A stretch of DNA of 64,000 nt, from the NCBI GenBank assembly GCA_016866255.1, contig VGMY01000008.1, positions 16,266 through 80,265 of the forward strand. Direction: 5' to 3'. Positions 1 through 8,443 of this stretch are shown here, one piece after another. Every line of letters starts with the position of its first letter. Position 1 is the stretch's first letter. This stretch comes from Bacteroidota bacterium. GTDB taxonomy: Bacteria; Bacteroidota; Bacteroidia; Flavobacteriales_D; Crocinitomicaceae. The notes under the pieces were generated by a model, which was given only the letters and a program-made list of their open reading frames with translations, did not search any database and was not told the DNA's origin. The translations under genes and the position numbers were made by a program.

Positions 1-3000
1 CTCCGGCTCCAATAATCAACAACAAAAGGAATCCAAACAATACTCTCAAGTATTTTTTATCGGTAAGATAACGGTAATACCATGGGAATTTGGTGCTGAA
101 TTTCTTTAGAGTTTCTCGAACGTTATCGATGTGATATTTGGTAATAAAATGTTCGATTAAGAAATCGTAGGCATTGTGTATTAAATTAACGGGCTTGTGT
201 TTGATGATTTGCGAAAGCTGAAAATCAACCGTTAATTGATAAAGTCCTATCTTTTTTCCTTCGGCGTTGGGAAGATTTTTTACAATGGCCGAAATTTCAT
301 CTTTCGATTTACCCTCCGCAAAACGAATTTCGGAATTTAATTCGTATAATTTTTCGAGGGTTTCCGGTTTATTCAGCGAAAGCCAATAGAAGTATTTTTC
401 GTAGAACGAAGACCTTACCGTATTGGAAACGGGATCATCCCCAAGTGCGTCTACTTTATCCTTGAGTTCCTGCCAGTCGAAAGCCACTGAGCTATTAATC
501 AATTGATTGCATGTAGTAATGTATTGATTTTGGAGTTTCGATTCATTGCCCGTTTCACTCTCTTCCAGAAGCGCTTTAATTTCCTTTCGGAAAAAGGCCA
601 TTCGGTTTTTATAATAGGTCTTAAATCCTGAAAAAACGTCTTTAAGTCTCACTTGGTAATACAGTGGCAGGCGGTCCACCAACGACAAAATGCCGCCCTG
701 TCCAGTAAGCGCTTCGTATTGTTTAAGACTTAATTCAATTTGACTTTCAACATCATTTACCGGCAAAGAAATTTCGTCGGAAATGTTCGGAATAAAGGCA
801 GCGATTTTCTCGCGAAGTGGTGCGGTATCAAACCGATCATCGTATACGGGAACTAATTTTAATTGATTTAGAATTTCCATCACGAGACCCAAGCTTTCCT
901 CCAGTTCTTCGGTATCGTTGAAGTTGATGTACAAACTAATCAACCGTGCCAATTGAAAGATTAATGCGTTCAATCCTAGGATGTATTCGTCTTCCTTGGT
1001 TGCTGGATTTTGGTGACACACCACTTCCATTTGAGCAAAGCGATTTAAGCGAATGAAGAGCATCTCGAGTGAACCTAATTCCTCGAACAGTTTAAGTTCG
1101 TTGATAAAAGGCTCAGGGACGGCTAATAAACCATTGTCTTCAGTTAAGTTAAGGTTTTCGATGTTTTTAATGATCCATCTGGTCTGATCGAACGGTAAAT
1201 TCGGCAAAGATTTTACATCCAAGTCGAGTAAACATTTGATCAACCTTTGACGTTCAATAGACTTGGCACTTGACGAATTCTCGTTCTTATTGGTAGCAGC
1301 AATTTTACCGATAATGTCGTATTTTGCCTTGCGTAAATTTTTGCAATTTTCCCCAAAAAGTTGTTTAACTATTTGTGGTTTATTTTCCGAAAAATAGGTG
1401 GTTAATTTTTCAAGGGATTTACGGGAGTTTGCGTTCAACTGAACATCGAAGATTTGCTTAAAATCGGTCTTTTGGAATTCGCGCAAAGCCTCCATACTCA
1501 ATGCCCCCGGATTGTCCATTTCGAGCAAGTGGAATAAATCGTCCGCATAGTTCTTGATGCTGTTATACGAATACAAGGGTATCTCTTCAAAGAAAGGTTC
1601 ATCCCATTGTTCGTATTCAATGGCATCCACTAGGTCCGAACAGTCGGAAGATATTTTTACGTTACCTGTAAAAAACGTTTGAATGGACTGAGGAGAAAAC
1701 GCCTGACTGAATACGCTCTGATAGGCCAATAAGGAGTAAAACAAATCGGAATTCTTGATGTCCTTTTCGATTTTTATGAAGAGCAACGAAAACGATTTTA
1801 CTGGTAGGCTTTTGCTCGCATCGAGCATGGTTCTTGCGAAGGTCGGATTGATGTAGGGCTCCAACTTTTCAATTAGCTCGTTTTTTTGGTCGTCAAATGC
1901 CCTTGAGTGAAAAAAGGAAAATCCTTCCGCAATGTATTTCGCTAGCAAAGCACTCCAATGACGAACTTTTACAATAAAGGCATACTGGGAAAAGGAAATC
2001 CGATGGAGTTCCATCATGAAATCTTTGATGCGATCCGAATTGATAAATACGTCGTTGCTGGGTTCGGTCACCAATGCTTCAATATGGTTTCCTGCCGTTT
2101 CCACCCATTCTTTAATGCTTTGCACATTTCGTTCGCTTAAGTCATGCGTATGGTCAACATAGGAGTTCAACAGAAATTGAACCTGTTGTACGCCCAATCC
2201 AATGTGGTATGCGTCAATCTGGGCATGCAGTGAGGCATTGTCGTTTGTTTTGTTGAAATAGGGCCGTTCGTTCAATGGAAGTTCTTGCGCCGCTGACAAT
2301 CCTTCTTGCGATTCAACACCTTCCGACGCTAACTTAAACTTTTGACCGTATTCATTCCACAAGCGATAGGCAAAGATGGAGGCATCAAGGGTTTGGTGGT
2401 CCAACAAGCTTCCGGCTCGGGGAACGTCGATGATGGTGAAATTGTGGGTTCCACGTCCATCATACCATGGGTCGTTTCGGTGAAATCCAACCCTCGGGGT
2501 GCCTTCACTGCCTTTTACCATGGACTCGATCGCTGCCGTTAGTTCCGGATCATATTTGTGGGCTAAAAGGCCTTTGATTTCCAAACTGTCTATGTACAAT
2601 CCCAATCCTTTTAGGTGATATGGGAGGTTGGAAGGAACGCTGATGATGGATTTATTAGGATAGTGCAAGCATGTGAGAACAAACCCTCTTTTAAACAAGG
2701 TATTTCGACGATCGCCGCGCACCCAATATTTCCACAGGAAACTCTTGGCCTCTTTTGAAATGATGACTTCAACCTCGTCGAATCCTCTGGTCTCGGCGTT
2801 GTAAAGTTCCACAATTCCAGTAACTGAGTTTTTAAAATCTTCTGCGTACTGATGCGCATCGTTGATGATTTTGTCGCAATGAGGTTTCAGGCTTTCAACC
2901 TCTTCAAAGCCTTCGTTTGTCCAGGGGTTTTCTTCTTTTGCTGTTACCTTTATTACTGCTTCGATGAAAGACAATCCGTCTCGGAGGAGGGTTTCGTTGA

Positions 3001-3520
3001 ACCCTTGCGTAAAGGCAATGCCGTAATCAATGTTGGACGTATGGCTTAACCAGAGCGAAGCAATACCAACGGGATGTTCTGGATCGAGGATGAGTTTTCC
3101 TAAATCCACCATGCTAACATAATCGCAAAATAAGCCATCGTATGCACTGAACAGTTGGCCTTCGAGATACTTTTGAGCAAAATAAACTGCACTTATCGCA
3201 TCCAAATCGGGCAAGAAATGCGTCACAATATGCATTTCATCCTTGCCGAGGCAATGTCCCAGATAGGTTTCCGCATGTTGAACAACAATGGACGCAACGC
3301 ACTGGTTACTGTATTCACAACCGGGCTGATGATGGTCGATAATTCCGGGTTGAAGTAAGTTGCCTGTGTCCAAAATGACCGTCTGATCCGCAGGAAGTTT
3401 CAATTCCACAGCGTTGGGATTGTCCCGCGTACCAGCATTGTATTCTACCTTAAACGTGTTTTCTTCAAGGTCATGAACCGCTTTGGCGCCCGGGGGGATA
3501 AAATGGTAATGAAACTTCAT
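1..3520 (-). CDS. Very large hypothetical protein, N-terminal 1173 aa only (C-terminus lies left of the window). It has N-terminal DHH/DHHA1-like phosphoesterase motifs, a long helical body and a hydrophobic helix at the window edge.
   Basis: Not in the supplied ORF track because no stop lies inside the window. Manual reverse-complement translation from ATG 3520..3518 stays open for 1173 codons down to position 1. An in-frame TAA lies 16 codons upstream with no alternative start between. N-terminus is MKFHYHFIPPGAKAVHDLEE. Motifs: VILDTG-x9-IIDHHQ (DHH codons 3329..3337), THFLPDLDAISA (3188..3220) and DGRGTH (2444..2461). LRVLFGFLLLLIIGAG is encoded at 2..49. No P-loop seen. Confidence 0.8.
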   Translation of the reverse strand, partial: MKFHYHFIPPGAKAVHDLEENTFKVEYNAGTRDNPNAVELKLPADQTVILDTGNLLQPGIIDHHQPGCEYSNQCVASIVVQHAETYLGHCLGKDEMHIVTHFLPDLDAISAVYFAQKYLEGQLFSAYDGLFCDYVSMVDLGKLILDPEHPVGIASLWLSHTSNIDYGIAFTQGFNETLLRDGLSFIEAVIKVTAKEENPWTNEGFEEVESLKPHCDKIINDAHQYAEDFKNSVTGIVELYNAETRGFDEVEVIISKEAKSFLWKYWVRGDRRNTLFKRGFVLTCLHYPNKSIISVPSNLPYHLKGLGLYIDSLEIKGLLAHKYDPELTAAIESMVKGSEGTPRVGFHRNDPWYDGRGTHNFTIIDVPRAGSLLDHQTLDASIFAYRLWNEYGQKFKLASEGVESQEGLSAAQELPLNERPYFNKTNDNASLHAQIDAYHIGLGVQQVQFLLNSYVDHTHDLSERNVQSIKEWVETAGNHIEALVTEPSNDVFINSDRIKDFMMELHRISFSQYAFIVKVRHWSALLAKYIAEGFSFFHSRAFDDQKNELIEKLEPYINPTFARTMLDASKSLPVKSFSLLFIKIEKDIKNSDLFYSLLAYQSVFSQAFSPQSIQTFFTGNVKISSDCSDLVDAIEYEQWDEPFFEEIPLYSYNSIKNYADDLFHLLEMDNPGALSMEALREFQKTDFKQIFDVQLNANSRKSLEKLTTYFSENKPQIVKQLFGENCKNLRKAKYDIIGKIAATNKNENSSSAKSIERQRLIKCLLDLDVKSLPNLPFDQTRWIIKNIENLNLTEDNGLLAVPEPFINELKLFEELGSLEMLFIRLNRFAQMEVVCHQNPATKEDEYILGLNALIFQLARLISLYINFNDTEELEESLGLVMEILNQLKLVPVYDDRFDTAPLREKIAAFIPNISDEISLPVNDVESQIELSLKQYEALTGQGGILSLVDRLPLYYQVRLKDVFSGFKTYYKNRMAFFRKEIKALLEESETGNESKLQNQYITTCNQLINSSVAFDWQELKDKVDALGDDPVSNTVRSSFYEKYFYWLSLNKPETLEKLYELNSEIRFAEGKSKDEISAIVKNLPNAEGKKIGLYQLTVDFQLSQIIKHKPVNLIHNAYDFLIEHFITKYHIDNVRETLKKFSTKFPWYYRYLTDKKYLRVLFGFLLLLIIGAG

Positions 3521-3536
3521 GGTTTGGTTGAGTCGA

Positions 3537-3544
3537 CAAAGGTA
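3537..3544 (-). promoter_or_regulatory. Candidate Bacteroidota sigma-A -7 box (TAccTTTG on the minus strand) for the giant minus-strand gene
   Basis: Exact match to the TAnnTTTG consensus, 16 nt upstream of the ATG at 3520. Confidence 0.35.
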
Positions 3545-3598
3545 GATAAATTGAACAAATAATGATGTTTATGTGGTATTAAGATGGATCAAAATAGG

Positions 3599-3606
3599 TA
3601 TGTTTG
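3599..3606 (+). promoter_or_regulatory. Candidate -7 box (TAtgTTTG) for the HEPN-discoidin gene
   Basis: Exact TAnnTTTG match 14 nt upstream of ATG 3621. It argues for the 3621 start rather than the track's GTG at 3573. Confidence 0.35.
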
Positions 3607-3620
3607 CCTTACAGAATATT

Positions 3621-6600
3621 ATGAACATGAATATCGCGAACCAACTCCCAAAGAACCTTGAGAAAACGATCAGCGATTTAGCGAGGGCACGTGAAAAAGC
3701 CGCCAAACAAAAGTATTTATTGGACCTTGGTGAAAGCCTCGTAATGCACTTATGTTCGTTTGTTTTAGGCGAGTACAAAGAAGCGGGCTTGGTTTCAATC
3801 GAACTTGAGAAGTCGTTTTTAAAGAATGGTAAAAATGTCAGTTTTGGAATTTACCTGGGTTGGCTTCGTGAGTCCTCCAAGTTTTTAAATCAACAAAAGC
3901 ACCCCTCAGAAATTCAAGATCTCTTACACGGATCAAACGAACTTCTTGAATTGTCGAAATTCGTTAAATCCTATGGTGCACTGAAATTGGCGGTAGAGAA
4001 CGATCATACGAATTATGCGGAGCTCATTTCGCAAGCCCTAAAGAATAACCTTGGAAAGGTAAATTTGTTAGAGTTTTTTGATGTTTTTATTCAACTTAGG
4101 AACCGCGTTGCACATCCGCACAAGGAGGTGAAAGGAAAAGTAGTAAGCTGGCCGTTTAGCGAGGAATATTTCGATGCAACAAACCCTTATTTGGAAAGCG
4201 CTTTGAATCAGGTAATTAATGAACTAGGGAAGATTTGGGAGTTTCGTCAGTTTGTGGTGGACAGCAATGAGCAAGGAATGCTTACCTTGATTAGCGAAGA
4301 CAATAACGAACCCATTGAGGTAGCTAAAACGGCTGATTATCCAGAAGGTATTAAGGTATTTGCGGCGAATGACACCGTGTTGCTTTCGGATTGGAAAATG
4401 CTACTTCGCGCGGGGGAGGAAGCCGTTGAGAAAATACGTCAGGAAGAAGAGGAGCTACGAAATAAGGCAACCGTAGAGGACTTGAAACATTCCATTGAGG
4501 CGGCACTAGACGATCAACAAATCAGCCTTGAAGAAATGAATTTCTTTGAGTCGCTTGGAAAAACAAAATTGGGACTTTCCAAAGAGCAAATTAAGCATTT
4601 GATCATGGAGGTAGCTCAAAAAATGGGCATTGAAGATCCCTTTCCTGAGGTAGATAAACGCTTTATTGAGGTGGTCGACCATGCTATAACCACGAAGACT
4701 TACAATGAATTTTTGTTGAAACTTACCGGACAACAATACGGGGTGGATAACGAAACGTTCGATAAGGTATTTTTGGAACGAACCTTTGCCTTGAATGTTG
4801 ACCCGGATGAGGTTCGAAGGAATAAGGTACTGCAGTTTACCTTAGAGGAACTGACCGATTTTCAAGGATTAATGGCAGCCCATAAGTGGTTGATGGGTAT
4901 GGGAGTTTTTAGACACGCAACCAAGGAGAGCATCTTTAAAATAAGGGAAGATTCGTATAAATTCGGCACCAAAGAATATTGGCATCGAACGGCCTTTGCC
5001 GCTTTAGAACATTTCGTTCAAAACCGTTTAAATAAGTTATGCTTGGACGAAGATTCCGAATGGGATACCAAACAAAACAATTGGCAAATTGGCGTTATGA
5101 CGGGGTATGCTTGGTGTACTTTGTATCCTAAGAATCTGCCCAGCAAAAAGATTCTTGCGTTGCATTTTTCGCTTTATTCTTCCGGTGGTGCAGCCATAGG
5201 TTATCTTCCCGATTGGAAAGATTACAAAGACTTGGATAATTATGGACTCCTTCTCAATGTGTTTGTAGAACATTTGAAGTCTTTCGCCATGGAATATGCC
5301 GATGATTTAAAAAAATACCCCAACCTTGTGTTATGGGACAGTTTGAACAATAACACCTATTACTCCTTTACCGAGTCGATGAGCCGTTTTCCTTGGTTTT
5401 ACGACCATTGTTACGGTTTCGATCAAATTCAATTCTACCATAAAGTGGAGGAGATTATTGCTAATCCATCAGTGCTTATCGACAGCTTCGATATCGCGTT
5501 TAATTTGTTTAAAGGGTTGTTTGAAGCGGTCAATCGCGATTATCGCAACATGTTGAACGATTCGTACTTAATTACTGAAAATGAAGCGCTGATTAGGAGT
5601 AAATTAGTCAGTCTTGAGGACCTTTTGACAGAGGTTGGTTTGTCCGGTGCCCCAGAAGAGGACCTTGTTTCAGAACAACCAGCGGAAGAAGAGGAGCGTG
5701 ATAAGGAAAACCAAGATTCAACCGACATCCAAGTTGCAGATGACGGCTTAAAAGGCAGCGTGCATGTTGGGTATTTTGCCCGTGAATTTAAACCAAAAGT
5801 CAAAGGCTATCCTTTGTGCGTGAGTTTTCAAATCAAACAAGACTATTTTAACAACGAACTCAATTATCTAATGTATATTTCATGCGCTGGATATTTGCAA
5901 CCTGAAATCCATGAACCTGTAGAAAGAATCCTTGAGTCCTTGGAAGGACTGTCGTTTGAAAATGCTCGTTTCTACTTTAAACGAAGTAAGTTTTTAGTCC
6001 AATGTAAGGTGGAGGATTTGGAACGATTTGATCCTCGACCCTTAACGGTCTTCTTTTTGAACGCTCTTGCAGAGGCATGTGCAAAATCGTACGTTTCGTT
6101 TCTGGGCTTGAAGTTAACCCAACCTGTGTTATCCCGCTTTGGTAATGCCGTGGTGGATGCATTGGAGGAAATCAATCCGTCACTTCAAAGTCTATTCTCT
6201 AATACCATTACCTGCGAGCGCAATTGGATGAAAGGGTATCGATTCTTGGATTATGTATATTCCGGCAAGGGGGTAGCGCATTGGTTGGGCTGGGGATTGG
6301 AGTTTCAGCAAGATCAAATGATGGCAGGAGTAGTGTTGCACGTCGGAGATTCCCTAAAAGGAGCGCAATTGATGGAACAAATGCACAACAAAGCCAATAT
6401 TGATGCTGCGTGGAAATTGGTAACCAAAGGCGAGGCTTCGTTGAACGATCCTCACTGGATCTTGGGCAATTCTTCGGCAGTCATGACCTCTTCTTCCGAT
6501 TATAACCGCAATTACAAAGCCCACCACGCTTTAATTTCAAACGAAAAAACGTACTGGTGTGCTGCTAAGCAAGACGACAAACAATGGTGGCAAGTGGAAC

Positions 6601-6986
6601 TTCCCGAGGCCATGACCATTTCTCAACTTGTTCTTAAAGGTGCACCTCACGGTAAAAGTTATGTCACACGTTTTAATCTCATGTATTCCGTGGATAAAAA
6701 GAATTGGCAAACGCTCAGTGATTTTAATGGATTGAACGATGGGTTTTCCACCTTAGAACTCACCTTTGAAAGCGCATTCAACGCGAAACTCATTAAAATT
6801 CTTCCAGTAGAATTTGTGGGTTGGCCCGGCATTAGAGTGGACTTTTGGGGTAAAAAAATCGTTCCCTCCAAAATTGAATTGCAGCATTGGGTTCCGGTGA
6901 ACAATGAACAGGAATTAGCAACGGCCGTGGCTGCATTTGAACATAACATCAAGGAGCTTAAAGCCTTTAAAGGCTTGGGTTTATAG
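3621..6986 (+). CDS. Large cytoplasmic protein with an N-terminal HEPN-type (Abi-like) domain, a helical/unknown middle with an acidic linker, and a C-terminal F5/8 type C (discoidin) domain
   Basis: Continuous ORF; the track gives 3573..6986 from a GTG, and in-frame ATGs lie at 3600, 3621 and 3627. VSFGIYLGWLRE starts at 3840. LRNRVAH (an R-x4-H HEPN motif) is at 4098..4115. An acidic low-complexity linker spans about 5646..5747. The C-terminus YWCAAKQDDKQWWQVELPEAMTISQLVLKG...YVTRFNLMYSVDKKNWQTL...AKLIKILPVEFVGWPGIRVDFWG (about 6465..6850) matches the discoidin pattern. No signal peptide and no Walker A motif. Confidence 0.85.
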   Translation: MNMNIANQLPKNLEKTISDLARAREKAAKQKYLLDLGESLVMHLCSFVLGEYKEAGLVSIELEKSFLKNGKNVSFGIYLGWLRESSKFLNQQKHPSEIQDLLHGSNELLELSKFVKSYGALKLAVENDHTNYAELISQALKNNLGKVNLLEFFDVFIQLRNRVAHPHKEVKGKVVSWPFSEEYFDATNPYLESALNQVINELGKIWEFRQFVVDSNEQGMLTLISEDNNEPIEVAKTADYPEGIKVFAANDTVLLSDWKMLLRAGEEAVEKIRQEEEELRNKATVEDLKHSIEAALDDQQISLEEMNFFESLGKTKLGLSKEQIKHLIMEVAQKMGIEDPFPEVDKRFIEVVDHAITTKTYNEFLLKLTGQQYGVDNETFDKVFLERTFALNVDPDEVRRNKVLQFTLEELTDFQGLMAAHKWLMGMGVFRHATKESIFKIREDSYKFGTKEYWHRTAFAALEHFVQNRLNKLCLDEDSEWDTKQNNWQIGVMTGYAWCTLYPKNLPSKKILALHFSLYSSGGAAIGYLPDWKDYKDLDNYGLLLNVFVEHLKSFAMEYADDLKKYPNLVLWDSLNNNTYYSFTESMSRFPWFYDHCYGFDQIQFYHKVEEIIANPSVLIDSFDIAFNLFKGLFEAVNRDYRNMLNDSYLITENEALIRSKLVSLEDLLTEVGLSGAPEEDLVSEQPAEEEERDKENQDSTDIQVADDGLKGSVHVGYFAREFKPKVKGYPLCVSFQIKQDYFNNELNYLMYISCAGYLQPEIHEPVERILESLEGLSFENARFYFKRSKFLVQCKVEDLERFDPRPLTVFFLNALAEACAKSYVSFLGLKLTQPVLSRFGNAVVDALEEINPSLQSLFSNTITCERNWMKGYRFLDYVYSGKGVAHWLGWGLEFQQDQMMAGVVLHVGDSLKGAQLMEQMHNKANIDAAWKLVTKGEASLNDPHWILGNSSAVMTSSSDYNRNYKAHHALISNEKTYWCAAKQDDKQWWQVELPEAMTISQLVLKGAPHGKSYVTRFNLMYSVDKKNWQTLSDFNGLNDGFSTLELTFESAFNAKLIKILPVEFVGWPGIRVDFWGKKIVPSKIELQHWVPVNNEQELATAVAAFEHNIKELKAFKGLGL

Positions 6987-7057
6987 GGGGTGTTGATCAT
7001 TAGATGTTGAATAACTTAAATTTTTAAGTACTTTCGGTGAAACAATTGTATAACGAT

Positions 7058-7543
7058 ATGAATACCCCTCCTCCCGAAGTTCCTAAAAAAGTAGAATTAA
7101 GCAAAGTCGTCATATATTCTCTGGTGGGATTATTGATTGCGGGTTTGATTTTTCTATTAGCTAAGTCATTGTTGGACCAAAAGCGCGACACGGAGCAACA
7201 AGCCAAGGCCTTTAAAGAACAAATGAAAGAATTGAAGTCAGAATTGAAAGCTATGCAACAGAATTATCGAAGCATGACGAATAAGCGCGATTCCTTACAA
7301 GGCTGGGTAGACTATTACACACCAATGCGCGCAGTTATTTTCAATGCAAAGCTAAGAGACCGCGTCCTCGAGATTACGGAGTTTAAGCCTGGAGATGTCG
7401 CTAAATTTAAAGTGGACTCCACCAGTGCAGTTATCGTGGAGGTAAAAGTAGGAGGAAATGACCTCAGTTATTACGTAAATTATTTGGTGAAAAATCGCAA
7501 AGGACAACTTATCGAAGTTTCGCCTTACGAATTGTATCGTTGA
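7058..7543 (+). CDS. Small single-pass membrane protein with a coiled coil and a small C-terminal beta-rich domain (hypothetical)
   Basis: The track ORF starts at GTG 7037; the first ATG is 7058 (MNTPPPEVPKK). TM helix VVIYSLVGLLIAGLIFLLA, then the heptad-like EQQAKAFKEQMKELKSELKAMQQNY, then KPGDVAKFKVDSTSAVIVEVKVGG...LIEVSPYELYR. Same strand as the HEPN gene, 71 nt downstream, with no hairpin between. Confidence 0.6.
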   Translation: MNTPPPEVPKKVELSKVVIYSLVGLLIAGLIFLLAKSLLDQKRDTEQQAKAFKEQMKELKSELKAMQQNYRSMTNKRDSLQGWVDYYTPMRAVIFNAKLRDRVLEITEFKPGDVAKFKVDSTSAVIVEVKVGGNDLSYYVNYLVKNRKGQLIEVSPYELYR

Positions 7544-7585
7544 TGGGGAGGATTAATGGAAATTCAAGCGTTTGAGGTTTTGAGT

Positions 7586-8443
7586 TTAATGCCTCATTAA
7601 CACCTGCTTCGTTCCTTCTTCGATTCGTTCACAGATTTCATCTAAAGGCAGATCGTTGTCATCCCTTCCGAAGGGGTCTTCTATTTCCTCGGCCAATATC
7701 TCCATGGATACCAGGGCATAAAACACAAACGTTGAAATCAATACCGACCAATATTCGAATAATTCTACAAAAGCAAGCGGCATGGTCACTACGTAAATGA
7801 AAATGAATTTTTTGAAAAATAAACTGTAAGAAAATGGAATTGGGGTATTCAAAATTCTTTCGCAAGCCCCTAAGCTGTCGATGAGATTATCTAAATGCCT
7901 ACTGAGTTGTTGCCATTGTATCGAGTCAATTCGGTCGGTGACCCGTAATTCATGCAGTGATTTACGCAGCTCATGCGCAATCCACAACGGTTGATTCCCT
8001 GCTTTTGATGATTCATCCAGTGGAAAGGATAATTCAAGTTTATTGCGTCTTAAATGTTCCTTCATGCTCTTAGAAAAAGCTGTGATAAGTTCCACGAATT
8101 GGCTCCGTTCAGCAGTGTTTAATTCGAGGGAGGAGAGCAGACTTGATAAATTGCGGGTATCATTCACCACTGAACCCCAAAGTTTGCGTCCTTCCCACCA
8201 CCGGTCATAGGCCGTATTCGTTCGAAATACCAAAAGCAATGATATCACAAATCCCAATAAGGAATAGACCGAAGTTAAATTCTTTAATACGGATGAGGTA
8301 GGATAAAAATGCAGTTCCAAGAAAGTGATGATGGCAGTTAATGCGGCAATGTATATAAGCTCTTTCCATAAAATACGAACGGTGTCGCTTTTGTGAAAAG
8401 AAAATATAAACGTCAACCAGCTCTTGGGGTTGTATTTTATCAT
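7586..8443 (-). CDS. Bestrophin/YneE (UPF0187) family anion channel homologue
   Basis: 285 aa with several TM helices. RTNTAYDRWWEGRKLWG and the C-terminal EDPFGRDDNDLPLDEI are typical of bacterial bestrophin homologues. Confidence 0.75.
   Translation of the reverse strand: MIKYNPKSWLTFIFSFHKSDTVRILWKELIYIAALTAIITFLELHFYPTSSVLKNLTSVYSLLGFVISLLLVFRTNTAYDRWWEGRKLWGSVVNDTRNLSSLLSSLELNTAERSQFVELITAFSKSMKEHLRRNKLELSFPLDESSKAGNQPLWIAHELRKSLHELRVTDRIDSIQWQQLSRHLDNLIDSLGACERILNTPIPFSYSLFFKKFIFIYVVTMPLAFVELFEYWSVLISTFVFYALVSMEILAEEIEDPFGRDDNDLPLDEICERIEEGTKQVLMRH

Noticed and set aside
1-7543. Compositional (GC) anomaly of the accessory block
   Set aside because: Spot counts of a few lines gave about 40-43% GC, similar to the rest of the window. 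I cannot compute this properly, so I make no claim of horizontal transfer from composition.
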